Origin: a virus | Taxonomy: Duplodnaviria > Caudoviricetes | Strand: one strand, 5' to 3' | IMG/VR virus record: IMGVR_UViG_3300031999_000139 | Coordinates: 1-31,063 of that record | DNA: 31,063 nucleotides | Shown: positions 1-8,958 of the stretch, one piece after another | How positions within the stretch are numbered: the first letter of the stretch is position 1 | Layout: each line of letters starts with the position of its first letter | Program-made: the position numbers and the translations under genes | Notes under the pieces: generated by a model | What the model was told of the DNA's origin: nothing | The model's input: only the letters and a program-made list of their open reading frames with translations | Database searches by the model: none

Positions 1-1094
1 CCCTGACTCTGGTGAACCCCGTTCAGATACAAGTGAACGCATGTACTGGCCAACGGGGTGTAGTCCAACAGATCCGTCAAAGCTGTATCCGCATTCGTGA
101 TGTTCTGAGCGGCAACGGCTTCCTGGCGACACGTTGCACCAGTTTGTGCTGCCCACTTCAAACCCGAGGTTTGAGCCGAATCGACCACCAAGGCCATTCC
201 ATCAGTCACGCCCACCGGCAAATCAACCGGGGTTCCCGCCGCAGTAGCCGTAATCAAAGAACCCTTGGCCGATAGCGTGGATTTCTGAACGTAACGATCA
301 TCATGCGTATGACTACCGGGAATGACTTCTTGGAAAGCCACGCCGGTTTGTAGAGCGTTGTGCGGAGCTTCGTACAAGCTCATCGACTCACCGAACATCA
401 GGTCAACGACTTTTGGAGCAGCAAACGTGTACGCTTGCTCGACGTTGGAACTATCCTCGTAAAAGTACGAGAGAGTCAACTTGAGCATTGAACTCGCTGT
501 TGCGCCTGTGGGGATAGTCAGTCCACCGGGATTCAAGATCGTTACGCTCACGTTTGGCGTGACTGCGCTGATCTCGAAATACTGACCGTCCGCGTCCAGC
601 TTGATCCAATCGCCAACAACAACTTCGCCAGTATTTCCACTGAGCACAGTTGCGGTCCCGCCCCAAGTGTACGTCTGCACCAACGCGACTGGCGTACCTG
701 TCAACCGGCCAAACACTTCTTCGTGATTCGGCGTGCCTGTGTCGATAGGATCGTTGGTTGTGTTCTCACGAATCGTCACCTTGTTGTTTGATGCCGTGGT
801 CATCACAGCGGACAACGAGGTTGATCCGGCAATCTTCTTGGTCAATGACGCATCGAAGATTTTCTTGGTCAACGCATTGCTGGTATCCGAAGATGCCGCC
901 GATGCGGTAAACGCATTGGCTTGATCTCCGAAAATGAACCGCTTGGCGTTGAGTACGTCTGTGGCTGCACCCGCACCCATCTTGTGAACGTGATTCGACA
1001 AGGCAAGGGCATCGCCGCTCCCGTTCTGGTTCGTGGTGCCGATATCTACCGGGGTTCCTGTGGTAACTTGTGGTGCGCGAATAAGAGCTGGCAT
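1..1094 (-). CDS. Virion structural / fibre-like protein, partial (runs off the left edge; absent from the ORF track)
   Basis: My translation from ATG at 1094 (GAGGAG RBS upstream) stays open to the edge: MPALIRAPQVTTGTPVDIG...HTHDDRY...LYLNGVHQSQG. It is Thr/Ala/Gly/Val-rich, HTHDxRY and LYLNGV-type motifs are common in phage fibre and decoration proteins, and it lies downstream of the capsid gene. Confidence 0.7.
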   Translation of the reverse strand, partial: MPALIRAPQVTTGTPVDIGTTNQNGSGDALALSNHVHKMGAGAATDVLNAKRFIFGDQANAFTASAASSDTSNALTKKIFDASLTKKIAGSTSLSAVMTTASNNKVTIRENTTNDPIDTGTPNHEEVFGRLTGTPVALVQTYTWGGTATVLSGNTGEVVVGDWIKLDADGQYFEISAVTPNVSVTILNPGGLTIPTGATASSMLKLTLSYFYEDSSNVEQAYTFAAPKVVDLMFGESMSLYEAPHNALQTGVAFQEVIPGSHTHDDRYVQKSTLSAKGSLITATAAGTPVDLPVGVTDGMALVVDSAQTSGLKWAAQTGATCRQEAVAAQNITNADTALTDLLDYTPLASTCVHLYLNGVHQSQ

Positions 1095-1106
1095 TTCAAT
1101 ACTCCT

Positions 1107-1382
1107 CTAAAGTTGATAGGCGACTGTCACACGGTCGCCTACTGCGAGTGTGAACAAGTTGAGCCATGTTAGCGTAGTACCAGAAACAAGGTAATGGGTA
1201 AGACGATCATACTCGACCCCATTCACGGCTAATTTGTACGTATTCGGATCAAAAGCGACACTAGGCAACGTAAACACCGTTTGACCAATAGTAGCGACTG
1301 TGAACGCTACTCGTTGCCAGCTAACCTTTTTTACGTAGCGCCTATCTCCGCGGGGTATGGTAAGGGGATTAAGAACTCGCAT
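1107..1382 (-). CDS. Small beta-rich virion-associated protein
   Basis: 91 aa with the pattern GQTVFTLP...LAVNGVEY...YLVSGTTLTW...LAVGDRVTVAY, a small beta-sandwich repeat type seen in phage structural proteins; co-oriented with its neighbours. Confidence 0.65.
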   Translation of the reverse strand: MRVLNPLTIPRGDRRYVKKVSWQRVAFTVATIGQTVFTLPSVAFDPNTYKLAVNGVEYDRLTHYLVSGTTLTWLNLFTLAVGDRVTVAYQL

Positions 1383-1426
1383 ACGTCTGGCCCCAAGGTG
1401 TTAGCGGATCATCCCGCCAACCCATT

Positions 1427-1753
1427 TTAGCCGCGACGTTGGAACGCGACTAGTTCTATTGCTACTGAGCCTGAAGCAGACTTGAGCCACAAACTCTCAT
1501 GGTCGCCTGAAGCAGTCTCTACCGGACCTTCCCATTCACCATACGGGGTTGTGGCCGCGACTATCGGGATTTCCACGTAGTTTGCATCTGCCGTGTAATC
1601 CGCAGCGGTAAAGTACAGCTTGACGATACCTGCACCCTTATTTCGGATCTTGAGGTGTGCAATATGGAAAGGCAACCTGACCTTACGGCCGGTCCCGTCA
1701 ATCGTATCCCGTAGTACATACGGTACACCACCGCGAGTCTGGACAACGCTCAT
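1427..1753 (-). CDS. Hypothetical protein, probably structural (beta-rich)
   Basis: 108-aa ATG ORF with GGAGG upstream, tightly packed in the late operon. Confidence 0.65.
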   Translation of the reverse strand: MSVVQTRGGVPYVLRDTIDGTGRKVRLPFHIAHLKIRNKGAGIVKLYFTAADYTADANYVEIPIVAATTPYGEWEGPVETASGDHESLWLKSASGSVAIELVAFQRRG

Positions 1754-1780
1754 GGCAAACCTCCAAGCGGTCAGTAGATA

Positions 1781-2056
1781 CTACTTACCGATAGCCGTCC
1801 AGCAAACCTTAGCCGCTGCCGCACCTGGGGTTACGCCGTCTGCCTTGACCACGAGCAATTGCAGCTTCTGGTGCTCACCTGGCAAAACATCTTGCAACAC
1901 ACCGGCTACGCTAGCTTCGTTCGCAGTAGGAGCTTGCGCCATCGTTACAGAGAATGCCTGAACGTCACGCAAACCTGTATCGACAAGCAATGAACCTGTC
2001 ACCGTTTCGACTGCGCCGGCTACTTCTGGGAGATGGGTACTTCTAGGGCTACTCAT
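1781..2056 (-). CDS. Hypothetical protein, possible head decoration protein
   Basis: 91-aa ATG ORF with an AGGAG RBS; Ala/Val/Thr-rich; second gene after the capsid gene. Confidence 0.65.
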   Translation of the reverse strand: MSSPRSTHLPEVAGAVETVTGSLLVDTGLRDVQAFSVTMAQAPTANEASVAGVLQDVLPGEHQKLQLLVVKADGVTPGAAAAKVCWTAIGK

Positions 2057-2071
2057 TGTCGCTTCTCCTGG

Positions 2072-2548
2072 TTATTCGTACATAGCCGCTTTGATCTTCT
2101 CGACCAAAACCGCTTTGTCTTTTCCGTTGTACTTGATCTTGTAGGCTTTGGCACAGGCCAAAAGCCACTTCATGGAATACATCGCATCCGGATCTGCCCA
2201 ATCTTCGCCCTTTGCTGGGATAGGCGGGTCTTCCTGGGGCTTGGTTTCAACGGTAGCCGTAACTACCGCGGGTTTTTCGACATCAACAGGCTTGGGGGGC
2301 TCAATAATGGCCCCTGTAGACGTTATGAGCTTCATGGTGCCCTTTAGCACCTCTCGGGGTGCCTTGGGTACTCCCATGACCTGCCAAGCGTCCCTATTGG
2401 CTAATAGGCGCTCGGCATCGGCTTTTGGAACATCCACGGGGTTTCCGGCATCATCCCGAATCACCAAATCGTTGGCGATCTTGTAGATATTGCCGTTCAC
2501 CATCACTTGGCTGTTCTTCTTGTGGGGTATTCGGTTCTGAAGTTGCAT
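2072..2548 (-). CDS. Hypothetical protein following the major capsid gene
   Basis: Start moved to ATG at 2548 (MQLQNRIP), which has GAGGA upstream. A Pro/Thr-rich linker precedes a short helical C-terminal domain (WLLACAKAYKIKYNGKDKAVLVEKI) reminiscent of HeH/Rho-N-like modules. Confidence 0.65.
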   Translation of the reverse strand: MQLQNRIPHKKNSQVMVNGNIYKIANDLVIRDDAGNPVDVPKADAERLLANRDAWQVMGVPKAPREVLKGTMKLITSTGAIIEPPKPVDVEKPAVVTATVETKPQEDPPIPAKGEDWADPDAMYSMKWLLACAKAYKIKYNGKDKAVLVEKIKAAMYE

Positions 2549-2584
2549 TGGTATCCTCGCTCTCCTCAAATGTTTCGGGGTAAC

Positions 2585-2619
2585 AAAAAGTAGGGGCCCA
2601 GTTACCCAGGCCCCTACTT
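2585..2619 (-). terminator. Intrinsic terminator after the major capsid gene
   Basis: 11-bp perfect stem AAGTAGGGGCC / GGCCCCTACTT (2588-2598 with 2609-2619) running into a T tract on the minus strand, about 16 nt after the capsid stop codon. Confidence 0.85.
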
Positions 2620-2635
2620 ATTCAATCCATGCGGT

Positions 2636-4087
2636 CTACGGTTGACCCGTGAACCCAGTCGCTCTGCCCACGTTGGTAAACAGAACGTTCTTTCCTGGGG
2701 TGTAGAGAACGGGCACACCGTACAAGAGCATCATGAACCGGATGCTCGAATCCACCGTAGAGAGGGGGATTTTGACGAGCGGCGCCAGTTGTTTGAAGCT
2801 CATGTTCTCCAGGTTTTGCTGGAACAGATACGCACTGGTGCAGTACGGCAATGAAGCGTTGTAATCATGCAACGTCATCGCACCCGCACCCGCGGTATTC
2901 TTGACCCGCAGAATCAGGCGCTCTGAACCAGCCGCGCCATCCTTCTTGGACCGGAAGATTTCGTACCAATCCACCTGAGTCGCACCACCCGGAGTCATGG
3001 CCCAAGTAGTCTCGTCGCCAGCACCCACCGTAACTGCCGTGGGCCCAGCCACCAAGAGAACCGGAGCGCTGCGACCGTACCGGCTGCACGCTTGGATCTG
3101 GTAGAAGTAGTCGCCCGCATCATCGGTCTCAAACTTGCTGAGAACGCTGGTGGGGGTTGACGCTGGGGTGCTCACGGTCGGGGTACCCGGCCGCTTGGAA
3201 GCATCACCCCTGGCGATAGTGGGAGCGCCACCATCGTCAACGAACACGTCAGGTTGGAACGCCACATCACCCGCTGGCGAAGTGAAGCCCTTGATCTGCA
3301 AACCGACCATACCCTTGTCGGTTTTGTCGAACAGATCGTACCGTGCCTTCGGGAAGAACACCTTGGTAAGATCCGCAATGACCTTCGGGTTGGCATACAG
3401 GTCAGTCGGAGTACCGTAGTTGGGTGCGTCTTGAATGGTCAAAGCCCCGTCAATCAGAACATCCTCACTCAGCGGCTTGCCGCGGAGGTCAATGACGTTC
3501 GCTGCCGGCGAACTGGACTTGATCAACTTCTCGTAGCCGTCAAACTGCAACGTGCTGAGATCACTGTCAGCCTTGAAAAGGCCCTTCTCCAGAACGCGAA
3601 GTAAATGCATAGTTCCGTTCACCGCTTCTTGCGCGAGAACGTTACCATGCGCCGGTCGAATCAGACTCATGACGTGCGAAACACGCCGGGTAGTTCCAAG
3701 GTACACAACCTTGCTGAACTTTCTTTCGTAGGTCGAATCGTCCTCGGAAGGAAGATCGCCTTCGTCGATGAAACCCGCATCCGGATTCTGACCGTACGAT
3801 TGAATCTGGTTGAACTCCTCAATCGTGTTATAGGCTGGGAGCTTCGGAATGGATTTCCAGAACCGAATGTGGTCCATCTTGAACGTCACGTTTTTCAACG
3901 TACGCTCTAGGGATTCCACTCTGAGTGCAAATCCGTCGCCTGCCGTAACACTACCCGGAGGGTTAATGCTTTGGCCAGCGGTCAACGCCTTGTTCAGGTC
4001 ATCCAAATCGTTTTGGGTGGTAGAGCCGAAACCCTCCACACCTTCGTAATCTCTCCAAGAAACCATGCTACCGTTACTCATTGTCAT
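2636..4087 (-). CDS. Major capsid protein (Twort/A511/SPO1-like)
   Basis: 483 aa. The N-terminus LNKA-LTAG...GFALRVESLERTLKNVTF resembles the KS-xTxG...ALRxExL start of Herelleviridae capsid proteins. It has a beta-rich C-terminal insert (YFYQIQACSRYGRSAP...WYEIFRS), follows protease and scaffold, and is followed by a terminator. Confidence 0.92.
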   Translation of the reverse strand: MTMSNGSMVSWRDYEGVEGFGSTTQNDLDDLNKALTAGQSINPPGSVTAGDGFALRVESLERTLKNVTFKMDHIRFWKSIPKLPAYNTIEEFNQIQSYGQNPDAGFIDEGDLPSEDDSTYERKFSKVVYLGTTRRVSHVMSLIRPAHGNVLAQEAVNGTMHLLRVLEKGLFKADSDLSTLQFDGYEKLIKSSSPAANVIDLRGKPLSEDVLIDGALTIQDAPNYGTPTDLYANPKVIADLTKVFFPKARYDLFDKTDKGMVGLQIKGFTSPAGDVAFQPDVFVDDGGAPTIARGDASKRPGTPTVSTPASTPTSVLSKFETDDAGDYFYQIQACSRYGRSAPVLLVAGPTAVTVGAGDETTWAMTPGGATQVDWYEIFRSKKDGAAGSERLILRVKNTAGAGAMTLHDYNASLPYCTSAYLFQQNLENMSFKQLAPLVKIPLSTVDSSIRFMMLLYGVPVLYTPGKNVLFTNVGRATGFTGQP

Positions 4088-4140
4088 CTCTCCATTGTAC
4101 CCACTAAGGGGTTTTTGAGTTTGCTAATGGCCTCGATCCC

Positions 4141-5097
4141 TTAGTGGGCTGCGCGGCCTGATTTCTTCTCGTAGAACCCTTTGACTGCGCCCAACATGGG
4201 CTTGCTGATCAGATGGGTCTGCTCATACTTGGCCGTAGCGATAGCGATGTCTTCGCCAAACTCAGTCGCACCGCCCAAGCCCTTTTCCATGCTCTCTTCC
4301 ATGAGACCATCCAAGCCATCGAGCACTTGAGACTTGCTCAAGGTATCTTCGCCTGGCTGACCCGCGAAAGACTTCTGAAGCACTTGCGCTGAACGGGTAG
4401 TAACGCCAAGACTCTTGGGCGCTCTAGCCGGTCTCGCACCGATCACGCCCATTTCCTCGCTCATGCTCTTGACCATGAGTCCGATGTCTCGAATGGCCTT
4501 AGCCATCACAAGGTTGAACTCATGCCTACGATTGTCGGACTTTTGGATCTCGTCACCCACATTGCGCAACGACTTGACCAACTCACCATGTTGCTCTTGC
4601 AGGTATTCGGATACGTCCAGAGCCTTTTGCAGCGTATCGTTTTCGCCCATGCTCTTGACGATTGCTTCACCTGGCTCCTCGGCTACCGCACTCACACCAC
4701 CCAGCAATTCAAACAACTCTTCTTGCTCGCTCTTGCTGAGAGTGTCATCCGATGCCTTGGACAACAGGGCGGCTTTGCGACTGGGCATGTCACCGTCCGT
4801 AGCGAAAGCTGACAGTTTGTCCAGCGACTTCTGAAGATCTGCCGGCGTCAAACTCTTGCGGGCTTTCTCTTCCTCTTCGCTCTCTTCGCCAGCTTCAAAC
4901 TCCGGTGTCTCGCCACCTTCGTGCTCGGCACCTTCCTCTTCTTCGTCATCCTCGGCCTTGGACACAACGTCCTTGGGCTTCGCATCAGCGCTTACGCCCG
5001 ACGCTGGACCTACGCGAGTAGAGTTGAAATTTTCGTCACTGGGGGTCACGCCCACTTCAGGCTTGCCCTCTCCAACATACTCAGTACCTTTCTTCAT
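4141..5097 (-). CDS. Putative capsid scaffold protein
   Basis: 318 aa, acidic N-terminus, helical, located between protease and capsid genes, with about 15 x-x-K-[S/A/G] motifs (VSKA, LQKS, LSKA, LSKS, IVKS, LQKA, LVKS, IQKS, MVKS, MEKG and others). Confidence 0.8.
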   Translation of the reverse strand: MKKGTEYVGEGKPEVGVTPSDENFNSTRVGPASGVSADAKPKDVVSKAEDDEEEEGAEHEGGETPEFEAGEESEEEEKARKSLTPADLQKSLDKLSAFATDGDMPSRKAALLSKASDDTLSKSEQEELFELLGGVSAVAEEPGEAIVKSMGENDTLQKALDVSEYLQEQHGELVKSLRNVGDEIQKSDNRRHEFNLVMAKAIRDIGLMVKSMSEEMGVIGARPARAPKSLGVTTRSAQVLQKSFAGQPGEDTLSKSQVLDGLDGLMEESMEKGLGGATEFGEDIAIATAKYEQTHLISKPMLGAVKGFYEKKSGRAAH

Positions 5098-5113
5098 GAC
5101 TGCTCTCCTATGC

Positions 5114-6178
5114 CTAGAGTTTTCCGCAACGTTTGAGTTGTTTGGTCAACTCAACTATCCGCCCTGCCGTGTGAGCGGATGCGTGCGGAATTGCTCGCAT
5201 CACCCAGGCCACGGCTTCATCATTCGTTAATGCCTTATTCAAACTTGTAGAAGGACCAATCCCGTGCTGTGCCGCAGAACCCATCGTCACTTTGCCTTTG
5301 AAGCTACGCTTACCCGATGAACCTGCTCTAGCTGCCGGATCTGCCGGCTGGCCAGCGATACCCTTGTTGTGGGGCATGCGTGGGGGCTTAGCGATTGCTG
5401 GGGGCCTAATGTTCTTGAGACCGCTAGGAGGTGCGCCACCTGTACCCGTACCCCGCAGAATCGACGTGCCTTTTTTCAGAGGCTTAGGAGGTTGCCAATC
5501 GGATTCCAGGCTTTCGGGTCTCAGGGGAGCACCGTTACCCGCGGCCGTAAGCATCTTTTCCAAACGAGCCACGCGGGTTTCAAGATCATCGTTCTCTGCA
5601 CGCTCGAATGCTTCAAGGCTCTTATTCAGGATCTCTAAACCCGTGTCAGTATTTACGGGCACCGCAGTAACCGCAACATTACGCACAAGGGCTTTAGCGA
5701 TCTTACAACCCACCCATTGCGGCGTACCATCTTCCGACTTTTTGACGATAGTGCGTGGTCCTGTACGGCGTAGGATCGTGCCCTCTACGCTGAACCCAAG
5801 TTGCCTACCTGTACCCTGAAGCGCTTGGCCTAGTTCCCAAATCTTGTTCCCGCGTTCCGTATCAAGAATGTATCCCTCAGCCCAATGACCAGGGTGTTGC
5901 GCCGTTTTACCGCTAGGAAGCTTTTCACCCTTGCTGAACTTCTTGGCGACTTCGGGATAACCCACAATCCCATCAGTCTCTTTGCTATGGTTATCGTTGT
6001 ACCAACCATTCTTGAGCCAGTCAGACAGATCCAAAGCATCTGCCAATACTGTCTCGCCTTGTCGGTCTGGGGCTTCTGTAGAGATAATCCCACCAATACG
6101 GCGTTGCTTTCCTTTGGGTGCGTCAGCCTTTTCAAAAAAGGTTACAGGCACTTCAAACTGAAACGGAAAACTTCGCAT
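5114..6178 (-). CDS. Prohead (maturation) protease, HK97/herpesvirus-fold serine type
   Basis: Motifs GIISTEAPDRQGE, GWYNDNH (His), LGFSVEG (Ser) and VAVTAVPVN; upstream of scaffold and capsid. Start moved to ATG at 6178 (MRSFPFQF, GGAG RBS) because the track start at 6229 lies inside a hairpin. Confidence 0.88.
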   Translation of the reverse strand: MRSFPFQFEVPVTFFEKADAPKGKQRRIGGIISTEAPDRQGETVLADALDLSDWLKNGWYNDNHSKETDGIVGYPEVAKKFSKGEKLPSGKTAQHPGHWAEGYILDTERGNKIWELGQALQGTGRQLGFSVEGTILRRTGPRTIVKKSEDGTPQWVGCKIAKALVRNVAVTAVPVNTDTGLEILNKSLEAFERAENDDLETRVARLEKMLTAAGNGAPLRPESLESDWQPPKPLKKGTSILRGTGTGGAPPSGLKNIRPPAIAKPPRMPHNKGIAGQPADPAARAGSSGKRSFKGKVTMGSAAQHGIGPSTSLNKALTNDEAVAWVMRAIPHASAHTAGRIVELTKQLKRCGKL

Positions 6179-6190
6179 CCCATCTCCATA

Positions 6191-6238
6191 AAGCAAAAGG
6201 GGCAAGTACCCGGAGTTAACTCCAAGCACTTGCCCCTT
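6191..6238 (-). promoter_or_regulatory. Long terminator-like hairpin just upstream of the protease RBS
   Basis: Minus strand reads AAGGGGCAAGT-GCTT-GGAG-TTAA-CTCC-GGGT-ACTTGCCCCTT followed by TTGCTTT: a stem of about 19 bp including G-U pairs, with a 4-nt loop. Confidence 0.65.
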
Positions 6239-6407
6239 CCGGATCTAACGATCCCTACGGGTTCAACAGAGCCTATTTACAGACTCTTAATCTGTGCCAG
6301 TGCAGTTATCCAGAAATACAGAGAACTGTCAAGCGTTGCCCCTTCGTAAGAAAAAACATCTTGAAAAGAGATATGCGTTATGATAATCGGAGATCAGGAG
6401 GAACGGA

Positions 6408-7541
6408 ATGCAAGTGCAAAAAATCGTCAAATCCCTGGTAGCTGCTCTCAAGGAATTGTCGCCAGAGGAGCAAATTACAGAGATCAATACCATAAAAAAA
6501 GCGCTACACGAAATTTCGCCATTCAAGAATGAGCCTGTTGATTGCGTCCTCTGGATTCCTGCCCCGCAAATCAAAGCAAACGACTACAACCCCAACGTGG
6601 TTGCCCCTCCTGAAATGGAGCTACTACGGATCAGCATTCGAGAAGACGGTTACACCCAACCCATCGTGACCTGGGGTACTGACGAAAATCTGGAAGTCGT
6701 TGACGGGTTTCACAGGCATCGAGTAGGTAGCGAATGCACAGACGTAAACACCAAAATTTTAGGGCATTTGCCCGTTGTGGTCATACGCAACGCCAAAACA
6801 GATCGAAGCAACCGTATTGCTTCTACCATCAGGCACAATCGAGCACGAGGAAAACACGTTGTTGATTCCATGTCAGATATCGTTATTGAACTAAAAAACC
6901 GGAATTGGACAAATGAACGAATTGCCCGTGAACTGGGAATGGATCAAGACGAGATACTTAGGCTTTGCCAAATCACTGGTTTATCCGAATTGTTCAAGGA
7001 TGAGGACTTTTCGCGCTCTTGGGATATCAAGGATTCGGAAATAGGATTTGAGGAATTGACGGATGAAATCACTGAACAAGAAAAGGCTAAGAACAATTTC
7101 AGGTCAATAAACACAAGTGACAAGGCCCGCATTTTTCACACGTACGATAAATGGGAATGCTGCAAAGCGGGTTTGTACGCTACTTCCAAAGAAGGAATGA
7201 CCGGACCTGAATGCGAGCTAGAATACGCCAAATTCCTGAAAAACGAATCCGAATTTAGAGCTGCCCTGAACCATGTTATTACCGAATGGAAATACTCTTG
7301 CGAGCACTACTTAACCAATACCGCTATGAACCGAATCGCTTGGCTTGACCAAGCCTCTGTTTGCTACGCCCTAGAGATACCTGCCGTTTTCCGTGGCGGG
7401 TTCGCCTATTTGTCTGAAACTGAGCAAAACAAAGCGAATAACACGGCTTTGGAATACCTGAACCTATGGTTACGAAGAAACAAACGCCCAGAGGTTTCCT
7501 TGCAGGAAGCTATCACGGATAGCCAGGTCGATATTTACTGA
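6408..7541 (+). CDS. ibrB: IbrB-like ParB/Srx-domain protein with a C-terminal extension
   Basis: SPFKNEPVDCVLW, ANDYNPNVVAPPEMELL, DGYTQPIV, VVDGFHR and ASTIRHNRARGKH are IbrB-type ParB N-terminal motifs; AGGAGG RBS. An extra domain of about 140 aa begins at RIFHTYDKWEC. Confidence 0.85.
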   Translation: MQVQKIVKSLVAALKELSPEEQITEINTIKKALHEISPFKNEPVDCVLWIPAPQIKANDYNPNVVAPPEMELLRISIREDGYTQPIVTWGTDENLEVVDGFHRHRVGSECTDVNTKILGHLPVVVIRNAKTDRSNRIASTIRHNRARGKHVVDSMSDIVIELKNRNWTNERIARELGMDQDEILRLCQITGLSELFKDEDFSRSWDIKDSEIGFEELTDEITEQEKAKNNFRSINTSDKARIFHTYDKWECCKAGLYATSKEGMTGPECELEYAKFLKNESEFRAALNHVITEWKYSCEHYLTNTAMNRIAWLDQASVCYALEIPAVFRGGFAYLSETEQNKANNTALEYLNLWLRRNKRPEVSLQEAITDSQVDIY

Positions 7542-7548
7542 GGAAGCC

Positions 7549-8796
7549 ATGAACATAAAAAAGTACCAAAAAACCAGTGTTTTGGAAGCAGCCAGATCCA
7601 GAATCACGTTGTTGTTCGATCACTTCGAGAAAATATATTGCAGCTTCTCCGGAGGTAAAGATAGCTCTGTCATGCTGCATCTGCTGTTAGAGGAAGCAGA
7701 AAAACGAAACACGAAAATAGGTGTCCTAATTATCGACCTAGAAGCACAGTACAAGGACACCATTGACCACATAAGCAAAATGGTCACAAAGTACCAAGCG
7801 CACATAGACTTGCATTGGGTTTGCGTACCTCTGCTCTTACGGAATGCAGTTACCAATTACGAGCCGCGATGGGTATGCTGGGAGCCTGAGAAAAGGGATG
7901 TTTGGGTACGCGATATGCCTGCCAACGCTAAAACCGCAAAAGACTACCCGTTTTTCGTTCCCAAAATGGAATTTGAAGAATTCATGGTTCTATTCGGAGA
8001 CTGGTATTCTGAAGGGAAACTTACTGCGGCTTGTGTAGGTATCCGGTGTGATGAAAGCCTCAACCGCTATTGCGCCATAGCTACTTGGGAAAAACAAGGA
8101 CGCCAATACCACGATTTGATTTGGACAACCAAGATCATAGGAAACTGTTACAACGCCTACCCAATCTATGACTGGCGCACAGAGGATATTTGGCGCTTCC
8201 ACGGCAAGTACCCCGGTAAAGAGCACAACGCTGTGTACGACAAAATGAACAAAGCGGGAGTACCCCTAAGCCAGCAACGCATATGCCAACCTTATGGTGA
8301 CGACCAAAAACGAGGGCTTTGGCTATACCATATCTTAGAGCCCCAAACGTGGTTCAAAGTCGTGGCTCGCGTGAATGGCGTCAATTCTGGGGCACTTTAC
8401 ATCCAAGAAACAGGAAACATAAACGGGTACAACAAAGTCACGAAACCCCCACACCATACATGGCAAAGTTTCTGTAATCTGTTGTTACGGACAATGCCCC
8501 AGAAAACGCGAAAGCACTATTTCTTTCGATTCAAGAAATTCATTTCTGGTTGGAAAGATCGTGGGTATTCCAAAATCCCAGAAGAGGCACCACCTGAATT
8601 GGAAAGCAAATGTTGGGCACCATCCTGGCGACGATTATGCCGTGTGCTACTTAGGAACGACTATTGGTGCAAAGGACTTGGACAAACACAACCCAAAAGC
8701 GAAGCCTACGTGAAATTCAAGGAACTCAAAAAAGCGCGTCTTAGTATCACTACCAAATCATCTTGCGATAATGAATCTCTCGCCGGGGATGTCTAA
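7549..8796 (+). CDS. ibrA: IbrA-like PAPS-reductase / DUF3440 family protein
   Basis: PP-loop SFSGGKDS plus IDLEAQY, VGIRCDESLNR, YPIYDWRTEDIW, QRICQPYG and PSWRRLCRVLLRNDYWCKGL; GAGG RBS; directly follows the ibrB-like gene. Confidence 0.88.
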   Translation: MNIKKYQKTSVLEAARSRITLLFDHFEKIYCSFSGGKDSSVMLHLLLEEAEKRNTKIGVLIIDLEAQYKDTIDHISKMVTKYQAHIDLHWVCVPLLLRNAVTNYEPRWVCWEPEKRDVWVRDMPANAKTAKDYPFFVPKMEFEEFMVLFGDWYSEGKLTAACVGIRCDESLNRYCAIATWEKQGRQYHDLIWTTKIIGNCYNAYPIYDWRTEDIWRFHGKYPGKEHNAVYDKMNKAGVPLSQQRICQPYGDDQKRGLWLYHILEPQTWFKVVARVNGVNSGALYIQETGNINGYNKVTKPPHHTWQSFCNLLLRTMPQKTRKHYFFRFKKFISGWKDRGYSKIPEEAPPELESKCWAPSWRRLCRVLLRNDYWCKGLGQTQPKSEAYVKFKELKKARLSITTKSSCDNESLAGDV

Positions 8797-8958
8797 GTCT
8801 GCTTTGAGCTGCAAAGGTAGCTCTATATCGTGCTTACACCAATGGCATTTACTGTGACACTTGCCGTCTGGCGTGAATTCTACGGGACCATCCGAGCGTA
8901 TGCGTGTACGATCTCCGGTCTTCTGCACGACTTTATTTTTGCAATTTGGACAACGCAC
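8758..8958 (-). CDS. Small zinc-ribbon protein (Mu Com-like spacing)
   Basis: 66 aa with RCPNC...KCHWC. Its GTG start overlaps the upstream TAG stop (TAGTG), consistent with translational coupling. Confidence 0.65.
   Translation of the reverse strand: MRCPNCKNKVVQKTGDRTRIRSDGPVEFTPDGKCHSKCHWCKHDIELPLQLKADLDIPGERFIIAR

Noticed and set aside
2636-6178. Assignment to Herelleviridae or to a specific host
   Set aside because: The head genes resemble that lineage, but the DNA looks more GC-rich than typical members and one window cannot settle taxonomy or host.
6179-6229. Track start of the protease at 6229
   Set aside because: It is a non-ATG start inside the hairpin; ATG 6178 has a GGAG RBS.
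6240-6345. c-di-GMP riboswitch in the protease leader, prompted by the GGDEF cargo
   Set aside because: I could not find GEMM consensus elements by eye; an Rfam search would be needed.
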